Part shown: one piece after another, positions 19,300 to 27,948 of the stretch
Position numbering within the stretch: the stretch's first letter is position 1
Layout of the letters: every line of letters starts with the position of its first letter
NCBI GenBank assembly: GCA_965116875.1
Contig: OZ220733.1
Location: 5,216,001 to 5,280,000, forward strand
Direction of reading: 5' to 3'
DNA length: 64,000 nucleotides
Origin: Candidatus Latescibacterota bacterium
GTDB taxonomy: Bacteria; Latescibacterota; UBA2968; GCA-2709665
Program-made: the position numbers and the translations under genes
The notes under the pieces: model-generated
The model's input: only the letters and a program-made list of their open reading frames with translations
Told to the model about the DNA's origin: nothing
Databases searched by the model: none

Positions 19300-20424
19300 T
19301 CAGGATCTCACCCGGTCATACAACGTCTCCAGCCGCCCGCCCTGTTTCCGCATGTCGTGGGCGTCTTCGACGTGGGCCCTGCCCGCGCTGCCCAATTCCT
19401 CCCGTAATCTGCCGGATCCAAGCAGCGCATCCAGTCCGTCAGCCAGTCCGTCCACGTTCCGCTCCGGGAACAACAGCGCGCACCGTCTGTCGGGCGCCAC
19501 CGTGGGTATGTCCGCGTGCAGCGAGGACACAATCGCCAGCCCCGAAGCCATGGCCTCGATCAACGCCACGGGCGCACCGCCCTCGGTATCGCCGTCGGCG
19601 GCGGTCACGCTTGGATACAACAACACGGAAGCCCGTGCGAGTTCCTCCAGGCAGCTCTCGTGAGGCAACACGCCCAACAGGGTCACGCGGTCTTCGAGGC
19701 CGAGGCGCCAGATCTCGCGTTCCACGTCCGTACGCAGTTCTCCATCGCCGATAATGCGTACCTTCAGACCGGGATGCGATCCGATGATCTTCCGGCAGGC
19801 CCGGAGCCCGTATACGTGCCCCTTCTTCTCGCGGAAATTGGCATACATCAATACGACGCCTTCATGTCTGCCATCGGGCCGAGCATGGCGGATCTTCTCG
19901 AGGTCGACGCCCAGCCGGTGCACATGCACCTTCTCGTAGGCGCAACCGACGGTGACAAGCGATTCGCCCATTCGCGGGCCTTCAACCAGAAAGAGCTCTC
20001 CCTCGCGGAACAGCCGCTGAAACCGGCGTCTCCAGAGCCGCTTTCGTGGCAGTGCGGAAGCATCCATCCCGTAGAAGGTGGTAACCATCGGAATCCCGGC
20101 GCTGCGGCGCGCTTCCAGGCAGAAATAGCCCTCCTGCCCGAAATGGGCATGGATGACCGAGGCGCGTTCCTCCCGGAGAATTCCCCCGTATCCGGCGTAC
20201 GTTCCCCGGATCTTGCGGACCACCCGGTAGGCGGACCGGCGCAGCCGGGGCAGATCTTCGCTGGAATAGAGCGTCTCCACCGGAAACACCCGCTCATTCT
20301 GCCGCGCCTGCGTCATCACGACCGGCCGATATCGCCTCAAACTGCGTATCTGGTCGTAACACCAGACCATGGTCAGGGTCAGAAACGGATTCGCGCATTG
20401 CGCCACCGTCGGCTTTTCCGGCAT
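19300..20424 (-). CDS. Glycosyltransferase family 4 (WcaL-like)
   Basis: HAHFG, EKKG, DGDTEGGAPVALIEAMASG. Confidence 0.9.
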   Translation of the reverse strand: MPEKPTVAQCANPFLTLTMVWCYDQIRSLRRYRPVVMTQARQNERVFPVETLYSSEDLPRLRRSAYRVVRKIRGTYAGYGGILREERASVIHAHFGQEGYFCLEARRSAGIPMVTTFYGMDASALPRKRLWRRRFQRLFREGELFLVEGPRMGESLVTVGCAYEKVHVHRLGVDLEKIRHARPDGRHEGVVLMYANFREKKGHVYGLRACRKIIGSHPGLKVRIIGDGELRTDVEREIWRLGLEDRVTLLGVLPHESCLEELARASVLLYPSVTAADGDTEGGAPVALIEAMASGLAIVSSLHADIPTVAPDRRCALLFPERNVDGLADGLDALLGSGRLREELGSAGRAHVEDAHDMRKQGGRLETLYDRVRS

Positions 20425-20645
20425 TCACTTACCTTGATTCGTATGTGTTCGTGGACGTTAGATCGAATAGTTGCAAGTTGATAAAGGCGATTGAACTGCC
20501 GATTACCCTGTCTGCCTGCGTTCGACAGGCAGGCAGGATACACCCGGTCACTGGACGCGAACGGAAAAATCGCCCTTCCTGACGACCATTTCGGCCGGAT
20601 TCGGAAGCTTTCGTCGCGGCGCGAGTTCCGGCCGCGACGAAACAC

Positions 20646-20674
20646 TTGACACCCCGCGCCGCATCGCATAATAT
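20646..20674 (+). promoter_or_regulatory. Sigma70-like promoter of the rhamnulokinase gene
   Basis: TTGACA (20646-51), 17-nt spacer, TAATAT (20669-74). Confidence 0.5.
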
Positions 20675-20757
20675 CGCAAACGTTCGACCCCGGCACAAAC
20701 GGAAGCCGGAATCGCTGTCAGCACGCCGTTGACAGGTTCATCCGGGAAGGAATCGCA

Positions 20758-22248
20758 ATGACGCAGAACTATCTGGCCTTCGATCTCGGCGCGTCCAGCG
20801 GACGGGCCGTCATCGGTCGTTTCGACGGAAGCACCGTCGAACTCGAAGAAATCCATCGCTTCGCCAACGGCCCCATACCCGTGGCGGGCGGCCTGTACTG
20901 GGACGCGCTGAGGCTCTACGACGATATGCTCACGGGTCTGCGAAAATGCGCCCGGATCTCCGGTCCGGAACCGGCGGGAATCGGTATCGATACCTGGGGG
21001 GTGGATTTCGCGCTCCTGGACGACCGCGATGAACTCCTGGGCAATCCTCGCTGTTACCGTGACCCGCGCGTTCAGGGCATGATGGACCGGGCATTCAGCC
21101 GGGTATCCAGAGAAGCAATCTTCGAGCAGACCGGCCTGCAGTTTCTGGAGATCAACACACTCTACCAGCTCCTGTCCATGACGGAAAAGAACCCGCGGCG
21201 CCTGCGCATGGCAAGTACATTTCTGATGATGCCGGACCTGTTCAACTTCTGGCTGACCGGACGCAAAGTGTGCGAGTTTTCGAACGCCACAACCACCCAG
21301 TTCCACAATCCAGGGACGGGCGGGTGGGCGACGGACCTGCTGGACCGGCTCGGGATCCCGGCAGATATGCTGCCGGAAATCGTCCTGCCGGGAACGACGC
21401 TGGGTCCGCTTCGGCCGGAGATTGCCGCGGATGCCGGCATCCGGTCGGGTGGCGTCATCGCGCCGGCCTGTCACGACACCGGATCGGCTGTGGCGGCAGT
21501 ACCGTTTTCCAGCCCGGACACGGCCTATATCAGCTCCGGCACGTGGGCGCTCCTCGGCGCGGAACTGCCGGCCCCCATGGTGACGCGTGCCGCCCTCCGA
21601 CACAACTTTACGAACGAGGGCGGGGTGTGCGGCACCTACCGTTTCCTCAAGAACATAACGGGGCTGTGGATCGTCCAGGAATGCAGACGCATATGGGAAA
21701 ACCAGGGGCGCGCAACTTCCTTCGCCGAACTCGTCAGACTGGCCGAAACGGCGCCCGCGCTGACCTCGTTCATTGATCCCGACCATTCTGATTTCCTGGA
21801 GCCCGGGGATATGCCGGCCCGCATCCGCGCATACTGCGGGCGTACGGGACAGACCCGGCCCGCCACCGAGGGCGCCGTCATCCGGTGCGCCCTGGAAAGC
21901 CTTGCCCTCAAGTGCCGGTGCGTTCTTGAGGATCTCGAGTCCGTCCTTGAACGAAGGCTGCACACCATCCACGTCGTGGGTGGGGGGGTCCATAACACCC
22001 TGCTGAACCAGTTTACCGCCAATGCCACCGGCAGGCCGGTTGTCGCCGGTCCGGCTGAAGCCACCGCCATGGGTAATATCCTCATGCAGGTTTACGCGCG
22101 AGGCGAAGTCGACTCCCTTGCCGGTCTTCGCGAAGTCGTACGCAATTCCACGGAGATCGTGACGTTCGAGCCGGACGGCGGCGACGAATGGGAAGACGCG
22201 TACGTACGGTTTCGGCCGTTATTGAACGACGGGGCCGACGTCCTCTGA
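20758..22248 (+). CDS. rhaB: Rhamnulokinase (FGGY kinase family)
   Basis: LAFDLGASSGR, GIDTWGVD, HDTGSAV, YISSGTW, NEGG, LKNITGLWIVQEC. Confidence 0.88.
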   Translation: MTQNYLAFDLGASSGRAVIGRFDGSTVELEEIHRFANGPIPVAGGLYWDALRLYDDMLTGLRKCARISGPEPAGIGIDTWGVDFALLDDRDELLGNPRCYRDPRVQGMMDRAFSRVSREAIFEQTGLQFLEINTLYQLLSMTEKNPRRLRMASTFLMMPDLFNFWLTGRKVCEFSNATTTQFHNPGTGGWATDLLDRLGIPADMLPEIVLPGTTLGPLRPEIAADAGIRSGGVIAPACHDTGSAVAAVPFSSPDTAYISSGTWALLGAELPAPMVTRAALRHNFTNEGGVCGTYRFLKNITGLWIVQECRRIWENQGRATSFAELVRLAETAPALTSFIDPDHSDFLEPGDMPARIRAYCGRTGQTRPATEGAVIRCALESLALKCRCVLEDLESVLERRLHTIHVVGGGVHNTLLNQFTANATGRPVVAGPAEATAMGNILMQVYARGEVDSLAGLREVVRNSTEIVTFEPDGGDEWEDAYVRFRPLLNDGADVL

Positions 22249-22265
22249 ACGGGCATCCGCCGAGA

Positions 22266-25200
22266 TCAGAACAGAGAAAGCTGGTCCGCCTGCCTGACCC
22301 GCCGTACCGGGGACAGGCGCTCCCGTTTCAGGAATTCCGGGGGAATATCACCCAGGAATCGGGACGGCTCCGAACGGACCCGCTCGCCGAAACGCGTCCT
22401 GTTTCGCGCACAGAGCATGACGGCCTCATCCATGGCCCGGGTCAGCCCCACGAACAACAGCCGCCGCTCTTCCTGCTCGTCGCCGTTTGCGTGCGGAATC
22501 AGGCCCTCCTCCACGCCACAGATGAACACGACGGGAAACTCCAGCCCCTTCGACGCGTGCAGGGTTGACAGCGTGACCGCTTCGGCACGGGGCCGCTCGA
22601 CGCCGCCAACACGCACATGGTCGGCGTCGGCGCCCAGTACCAGCGTATCGAGGAACGTGCGGACCGTATGGAAGTTGACCGCCATCCGTGCAAGGCGCGC
22701 GAGATCCTCATCCTCTTCCTCCCCGGCGACTTCCTGCCATGTCCTCACCAGCGACTCGACGGATACCGTTTCCGCCATTCTCCTGAATGCCCCGGCGGCG
22801 TCCTCCAGTGCGGAGATCTTCTCGCGAGCGGCCTTCGGCAGATTGCAAACCGACAGGTCGCCACCTGCACGCCGGAGCCGATTCAACGCCGCGTTTCCGG
22901 GATGGAAGACGGGAACCGCCAGTGCGCGCAGCAAACGCAGGAATCCGGGAGGGCGGAACGCGTAATTGAAAAAGGAGATCGCGTGACGCACGTTCTCCGC
23001 TGAAAGAAGACCCTTCTGGCCGACCACCCGGTACGGCAATCCCTCTTCAATAAAACAACGTTCTATGGCCTCCGCCTGACGGCCGGTCCTGAACAGCACG
23101 GCAAAATCCGACAGGCTCCGGTCGCCTCCACCTCTCGCCGACTGACGCCCGCCAACCTCGTCGGCCTGCTGCATATCGGCGCCGCCCATCATCCGGCTGA
23201 TCTCGCGGACCACCGCGATACCCTCCGCCGTCTCGCCGGACAAGGAAAGCAGCCGAGCCGTAACGCCCTTTTCCCTGACGGCGTTCAACTCACGACCATC
23301 TCCGATCACGGAGACGGCCGCACCCGCGATCTGGCGCGTGGAACGATATGACCGATCCAGCACAATCGTCCGCGAGGACGGCAGGTCTTCCCGGAGCATG
23401 TCAAAGTACGCCGGACTCGCGCCGCGAAATCCGTAGATGGCCTGGTCCGGATCGCCGATCACGAACAGGCCGGCACCGTCGCGGGAAAGTGCGGTCACCA
23501 GTTGGTACTGCACCGCATTCACGTCCTGAAACTCGTCCACGAGTACGTGCGCAAACCTGTTCAGGACCCGCCCGGAGGCCGCGCCTCCCTTGTGCAGCAT
23601 CCCCAGGAATTCCAGGAGAATGTCGTCGAAATCCCACACACCCAGTCTACGCAGGCGGTTTTGGTACGCTACACCAACGCCCCGCAACGCCTCGGCTGCG
23701 TCCGCATCGGGATTGGTCTTCGCAAATGAGATCGCCAACCGCGCATCCCGCGCGGACATGCTGACTTCAGCATCCGCAATGACTTCGGCCGCCAGCTGTG
23801 TCGCCTCCACCTCGTCGATGACCTGAGGCAACTCACCTGACGTGCAGTCTTTCATCAGATTCAGCGCCACGGCGTGAAATGTGCCCAGCGTCAACCCGTC
23901 CGGAATTCCTTTGTCCGGCAACAGATTGTGGACGCGTTCCCGCATCTCCGCCGCGGCCTTATTCGTAAACGTCACCGCCAGGATCGACTCCGGCGGCACG
24001 CCCGCTTCCCCGATCAGCCGCGCCAACCGGTGGGTCAATACCCGCGTCTTACCTGTACCGGGGCCGGCCACCACGATGACAGGACCGCTTTCCCGTTCGA
24101 CCGCCGCCTTCTGCGCGTCGTCCAGTCCACCTTCACCGGCAAACTCCCCGATCTCCTGCGCTTCACCGTTTCCGCCCGATGGTTCATCGCACGATGGCGG
24201 CGCCTGAAGCGATGGCACTGCCGTCGCCGCTTCCGGTATTTCAGGCAGATCGAACAGCGCGGGCTGCCGGCTCAGCCGGGTGCGGTCTTCCTCCGAGAAG
24301 ACCTGAATCCTGCCGTACTCGCCGTCGTAACCCGCGGCGATCTCCACCTCCCCGGTGCGCATCCGCCTCACGCCCTCCGCCACGAGCGGCTCACCGCAGC
24401 CGGCGATCGTCTCCGGGGATACGTCCCTCAGAATGGCAAGTTCGGGCCCCAATTTCGCCAGCATCCGTTCGTACACGGCCTGGACCCGCTTGCTGGTAGG
24501 CCCCACCCCCAATACGGAGCCGATGACTTCCTGAAGTGGAATCAGATTCTCATACGGCGGCGCCACGGAGGGCTTTTCTCCCTCCGCCCTGTCTGCCAAC
24601 TGCTCGACACGGTGGAGGACGCCGACTGTCAACCGCTTGCCGCACTCCGGGCACAGGCAGTCCGCGGCAATCGACTGTCTCGGCTCCCAGCGGACGCCGC
24701 ATTTCCGATGTCCGTCGAGGTGATATTTGCCTTCTTCGGGATAGAATTCCAGCGTCCCGAGGAACCGCTCGGAGTCTCTCGATTTCAACGCCTCGTATAT
24801 GCCTCTGTAAGACAGTTCGGTATCGAAACAGGTGGCCTCACGCGCCAGTTTCGGCGGGGAATGCGCATCCGAATTGGACACGATCGCGTATCGGTCCAGC
24901 ATGGACAGGCGCCAGTTCATCGGCGGATCGGACGAGAGACCCGTCTCGACGGCGAAAATCGCGGGCAGCATATCTTCAAAACACTCCTCGAGCGTATCGA
25001 ACCCGGAACTGGCGCCCAGCACCGCGAAATGGGGCGTCCATATATGCGCAGGAATGAAGAGTACGTCTTCCGACGCTTCGAGGCAGATTTCGACGAGGTC
25101 CCTGCTGTCCAACCCAAGGATGGGCCGCCCGTCCGACTTCAGATTCCCGATGTCCCCCAGGCGGGCATTCAACCGCTCCACCGCCTCAAATCCGGGCATC

Positions 25201-25535
25201 AACACCACGTGGTGAACTTTGCGCGTTTTGTCGTTCTTCTTGTAGATCACGCTGATCTCGGTGGACAGCACGAATCGCACCGTATTTCTGCATCGCTCCG
25301 GGAGGTCTTCGTCCACCGCGGCCTGACGCGCCGGTTTCAGCCGGAAGAGCCCCTCCTCCGCGGGCTCCAGCCGGTCTTTCAACTCCGCGATCCACTCGGG
25401 GTGGGTGAAGTCGCCCGTTCCCACAACGTTCACGCCTTTTAGCGCGGACCATCTGTAGAGATTTTCCGGGTTCAGCGCACGGCTGGTCGCCCTGGAAAAC
25501 CGGGAGTGTAGATGTACGTCCGCTACAAAACGCAT
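22266..25535 (-). CDS. Endonuclease Q-like PHP domain fused to a UvrD/PcrA SF1 helicase
   Basis: N-terminal DVHLHSRFS, GTGDFTHP, IPAHIWTP, NSDAHS, GKYHLDGHRKC..CPECG; C-terminal AGPGTGKT, VDEFQD, GDPDQAIYGFRG, HASKGLEF, EERRLLFVGLTRA. Confidence 0.9.
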   Translation of the reverse strand: MRFVADVHLHSRFSRATSRALNPENLYRWSALKGVNVVGTGDFTHPEWIAELKDRLEPAEEGLFRLKPARQAAVDEDLPERCRNTVRFVLSTEISVIYKKNDKTRKVHHVVLMPGFEAVERLNARLGDIGNLKSDGRPILGLDSRDLVEICLEASEDVLFIPAHIWTPHFAVLGASSGFDTLEECFEDMLPAIFAVETGLSSDPPMNWRLSMLDRYAIVSNSDAHSPPKLAREATCFDTELSYRGIYEALKSRDSERFLGTLEFYPEEGKYHLDGHRKCGVRWEPRQSIAADCLCPECGKRLTVGVLHRVEQLADRAEGEKPSVAPPYENLIPLQEVIGSVLGVGPTSKRVQAVYERMLAKLGPELAILRDVSPETIAGCGEPLVAEGVRRMRTGEVEIAAGYDGEYGRIQVFSEEDRTRLSRQPALFDLPEIPEAATAVPSLQAPPSCDEPSGGNGEAQEIGEFAGEGGLDDAQKAAVERESGPVIVVAGPGTGKTRVLTHRLARLIGEAGVPPESILAVTFTNKAAAEMRERVHNLLPDKGIPDGLTLGTFHAVALNLMKDCTSGELPQVIDEVEATQLAAEVIADAEVSMSARDARLAISFAKTNPDADAAEALRGVGVAYQNRLRRLGVWDFDDILLEFLGMLHKGGAASGRVLNRFAHVLVDEFQDVNAVQYQLVTALSRDGAGLFVIGDPDQAIYGFRGASPAYFDMLREDLPSSRTIVLDRSYRSTRQIAGAAVSVIGDGRELNAVREKGVTARLLSLSGETAEGIAVVREISRMMGGADMQQADEVGGRQSARGGGDRSLSDFAVLFRTGRQAEAIERCFIEEGLPYRVVGQKGLLSAENVRHAISFFNYAFRPPGFLRLLRALAVPVFHPGNAALNRLRRAGGDLSVCNLPKAAREKISALEDAAGAFRRMAETVSVESLVRTWQEVAGEEEDEDLARLARMAVNFHTVRTFLDTLVLGADADHVRVGGVERPRAEAVTLSTLHASKGLEFPVVFICGVEEGLIPHANGDEQEERRLLFVGLTRAMDEAVMLCARNRTRFGERVRSEPSRFLGDIPPEFLKRERLSPVRRVRQADQLSLF

Positions 25536-25613
25536 GTTGGTCCCTTCAGCCGTTCAGACGGGATGTGGTCAGAAACAAGACACCGTCTCGACGCACGGCG
25601 CAGACGCGTTATT

Positions 25614-26207
25614 TTATGCTTCCAGGGGTCGCTTTGGTATTCTCTCGTATCTCTCTCGACTGGACGACACACACTGAAAAATCTGATATCCACCCTTTTC
25701 AATCCACATATATATTCTTTGACAATATTCGCAAACTCGCAATGCGTGGCCCTCCGGTCGCTTCGCGTCACGGTATAGAAAGTCGTCATAGCCGCCAAGC
25801 AGGTGCGCCATGTCATCCCTGGTGTATCGCTTCAGAAGCATCGCGATAATTTCCGGGGGCAAATCTGAAACTGCCTCCCTGAGATTTCTCGTATCGACAT
25901 CCCAGGGAAACGACAGCCCGTGTCCGCACGCACACCACCGGTCGCTCATATCCCAGTCCTTATGGAACCACCCTTCGTCAAATATGCGTCTGCATTGCGG
26001 ACAGTATTCGTACACGATACTTTCATCCATGCCCTCGTCGCGGATCAACTCGCTGATCCGACTACGGTCGTGGTCCGGCAGACGCTGGAGCTTTACGGTT
26101 GGTTTATGACACCACCGGCATCGTCGAGACTTCCTTCGAAGAAGGACGATTAACACGATGAACCCGACAACGAATATTGCAGAGAAGATTAGGTGCCCGT
26201 TTCCCAT
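25614..26207 (-). CDS. Hypothetical membrane-anchored Cys-rich protein, paralogue C
   Basis: Start ATG 26207 gives 197 aa, matching the other two paralogues; N-terminal hydrophobic helix, CxWC, CxxC, CACG, CxxC-RIYMW. Confidence 0.8.
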   Translation of the reverse strand: MGNGHLIFSAIFVVGFIVLIVLLRRKSRRCRWCHKPTVKLQRLPDHDRSRISELIRDEGMDESIVYEYCPQCRRIFDEGWFHKDWDMSDRWCACGHGLSFPWDVDTRNLREAVSDLPPEIIAMLLKRYTRDDMAHLLGGYDDFLYRDAKRPEGHALRVCEYCQRIYMWIEKGGYQIFQCVSSSRERYERIPKRPLEA

Positions 26208-26260
26208 CGGTAATGCTCCTGCCCGAACCCGCGGGCGCGGCGCCGGTAATACGCGTATTA

Positions 26261-26857
26261 TCAGGTTTCCATCTGGCGGCGGTCTGCTACGGCTTCGTAT
26301 TTGTCTCGCCCGGACGACACGCACTGGAAAACCTGATACCCCTTGATCTCAATCCACATATATATCCTGTGGCAGATGCCGCAGACCTTTAGCGCGTGCG
26401 GTTCCGGACTCCTCTCGAAGCGGTAATCGAGATCGTCATAGCCACGACGGAGTTGCGCAATGTCATCGGGCGTATATTGCTTTGAAAGCAGCGCAAATAC
26501 CGCAGGCGGCAGGTCCGCCACCGCCTCCCTGAGTTTCCTGGGATCGACGTCCCATGGAAACGACAGTTCGAACCCGCAAGCGCACCACCGGTCGCACATA
26601 TCCCAGTCCGCCTTGAACCACCACTCGTCATAGATTCGCCTGCAGGCCTCGCACAATTCATACGACAACGCGGGATCCATCCCCTCTTCCCGGATCAGAT
26701 CGACGATCTGCCCACGCTCCGCGTCCGGTAATTTCCCGAGCTTTACCGTTGGCTTATGACACCAGGCGCACAGGTGGGAGCCCCTCCGGAGAATCACCAA
26801 CAGCACGAAGGGTCCAATGATCACAACTGCCGCGAAAATCAGCATCAGGATTGTCAT
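26261..26857 (-). CDS. Hypothetical membrane-anchored Cys-rich protein, paralogue B
   Basis: 198 aa; aligns by eye with paralogue C along its full length. Confidence 0.85.
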   Translation of the reverse strand: MTILMLIFAAVVIIGPFVLLVILRRGSHLCAWCHKPTVKLGKLPDAERGQIVDLIREEGMDPALSYELCEACRRIYDEWWFKADWDMCDRWCACGFELSFPWDVDPRKLREAVADLPPAVFALLSKQYTPDDIAQLRRGYDDLDYRFERSPEPHALKVCGICHRIYMWIEIKGYQVFQCVSSGRDKYEAVADRRQMET

Positions 26858-26938
26858 CGCAGTTACCCCTCGCTGCGTATGGAGCCGCGAATCAACATAC
26901 TCCCCGCAAAACCCGTGAACGAGATTCGTTCACCGATA

Positions 26939-27535
26939 TCAACTGAGTCGATCATATTTATCCATACCTCCCGACACAACCTGAAATACCTGAAAGCCCT
27001 TCACGGGCAACCACATATAGATCCGAAAGCAATTCCTGCAGACGAACAGAATGTGTTCATCGGACACCGACGAGTACAGCCGCTCGCGCAGCCCCTCTCT
27101 CCCGTACGTCCGTTCCACAAACTCCAGGACTTCCGGACGAATTCCGCGTAATGCCGTCTTCAACTTGTTGGTGTCGACGATCAGAGCAGGCCGTGACAGA
27201 TCACAACCACAGGCGCACTTGCGATCGAGCAACTCCGCGTCCATGCGGAAAGGACGATCGCTGCTGAACCAGCGGCTGTCGTAAATTCGCTTGCAATGCG
27301 GACACAGCTCGTTTTTCTCCGGCTCCCCGGGCATTCCCTCGACCCGGATCAGGCGCCGCACCTCCTCCCCTTCGCCCTGCGACAGATGTTCAACCGGCGT
27401 CGTCGATCGCATACACCATCGGCACCGGCGTACCTTGTGCATCATCTGGTACACATTCAGGATCGCAGCGACCACTACGCCGATCGCTATGATGGCTATT
27501 TCTATCGCGTATGGACCCAAAGTCAGGTCCGCCAC
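26939..27535 (-). CDS. Hypothetical membrane-anchored Cys-rich protein, paralogue A (most diverged)
   Basis: 198 aa; same eight Cys plus EGM, RIYD, RIYMW and QVFQ motifs. Confidence 0.85.
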   Translation of the reverse strand: MADLTLGPYAIEIAIIAIGVVVAAILNVYQMMHKVRRCRWCMRSTTPVEHLSQGEGEEVRRLIRVEGMPGEPEKNELCPHCKRIYDSRWFSSDRPFRMDAELLDRKCACGCDLSRPALIVDTNKLKTALRGIRPEVLEFVERTYGREGLRERLYSSVSDEHILFVCRNCFRIYMWLPVKGFQVFQVVSGGMDKYDRLS

Positions 27536-27742
27536 TGGGTAATATCTGGATTACATGATCACGACAGCCGAATCACGGATGCGGAGGTCCGCCGACTGCC
27601 CGTGTCAGGCGGTCTTTCTCTCGCCGAACAAGGATCTGTTCACTTTCGTATCGAAGATTGAGATGTATTGTTCAGTATAGTATTTCAAGGTGTGAATTAC
27701 AAGCCTTGCCGCCCGACGCCGAGGGCTCCAATCCGTCTCATC

Positions 27743-27784
27743 CGGTCAAATCCGATTGACCGACCGCATCAATCAACCTATATT
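27743..27784 (+). promoter_or_regulatory. Sigma70-like promoter of the defence operon with an overlapping palindromic operator
   Basis: TTGACC (27756-61), 17-nt spacer, TATATT (27779-84); CGGTCAA-N6-TTGACCG (27743-62) overlaps the -35 element. Confidence 0.55.
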
Positions 27785-27948
27785 GTTGTTCGTACATTAT
27801 TTAGCGTCCTTGATAGTATGTCTCGTGCGAAGACTGGAACAGGAGAGTTTGTTCTGGAAATGCAACCAAGCCGAAATAAAGAATGAGCCTCCCCCGGGGA
27901 TCGGTTATTGAGACCATTTGATTGTGTTTGACGCAACGGAGACGTGAT

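Noticed and set aside
457-25442. Long antisense ORFs (e.g. 457-1758, 9620-11521, 12217-13587, 20548-21993, 23874-25442)
   Set aside because: Shadow frames of well-supported genes in GC-rich DNA; no motifs of their own.
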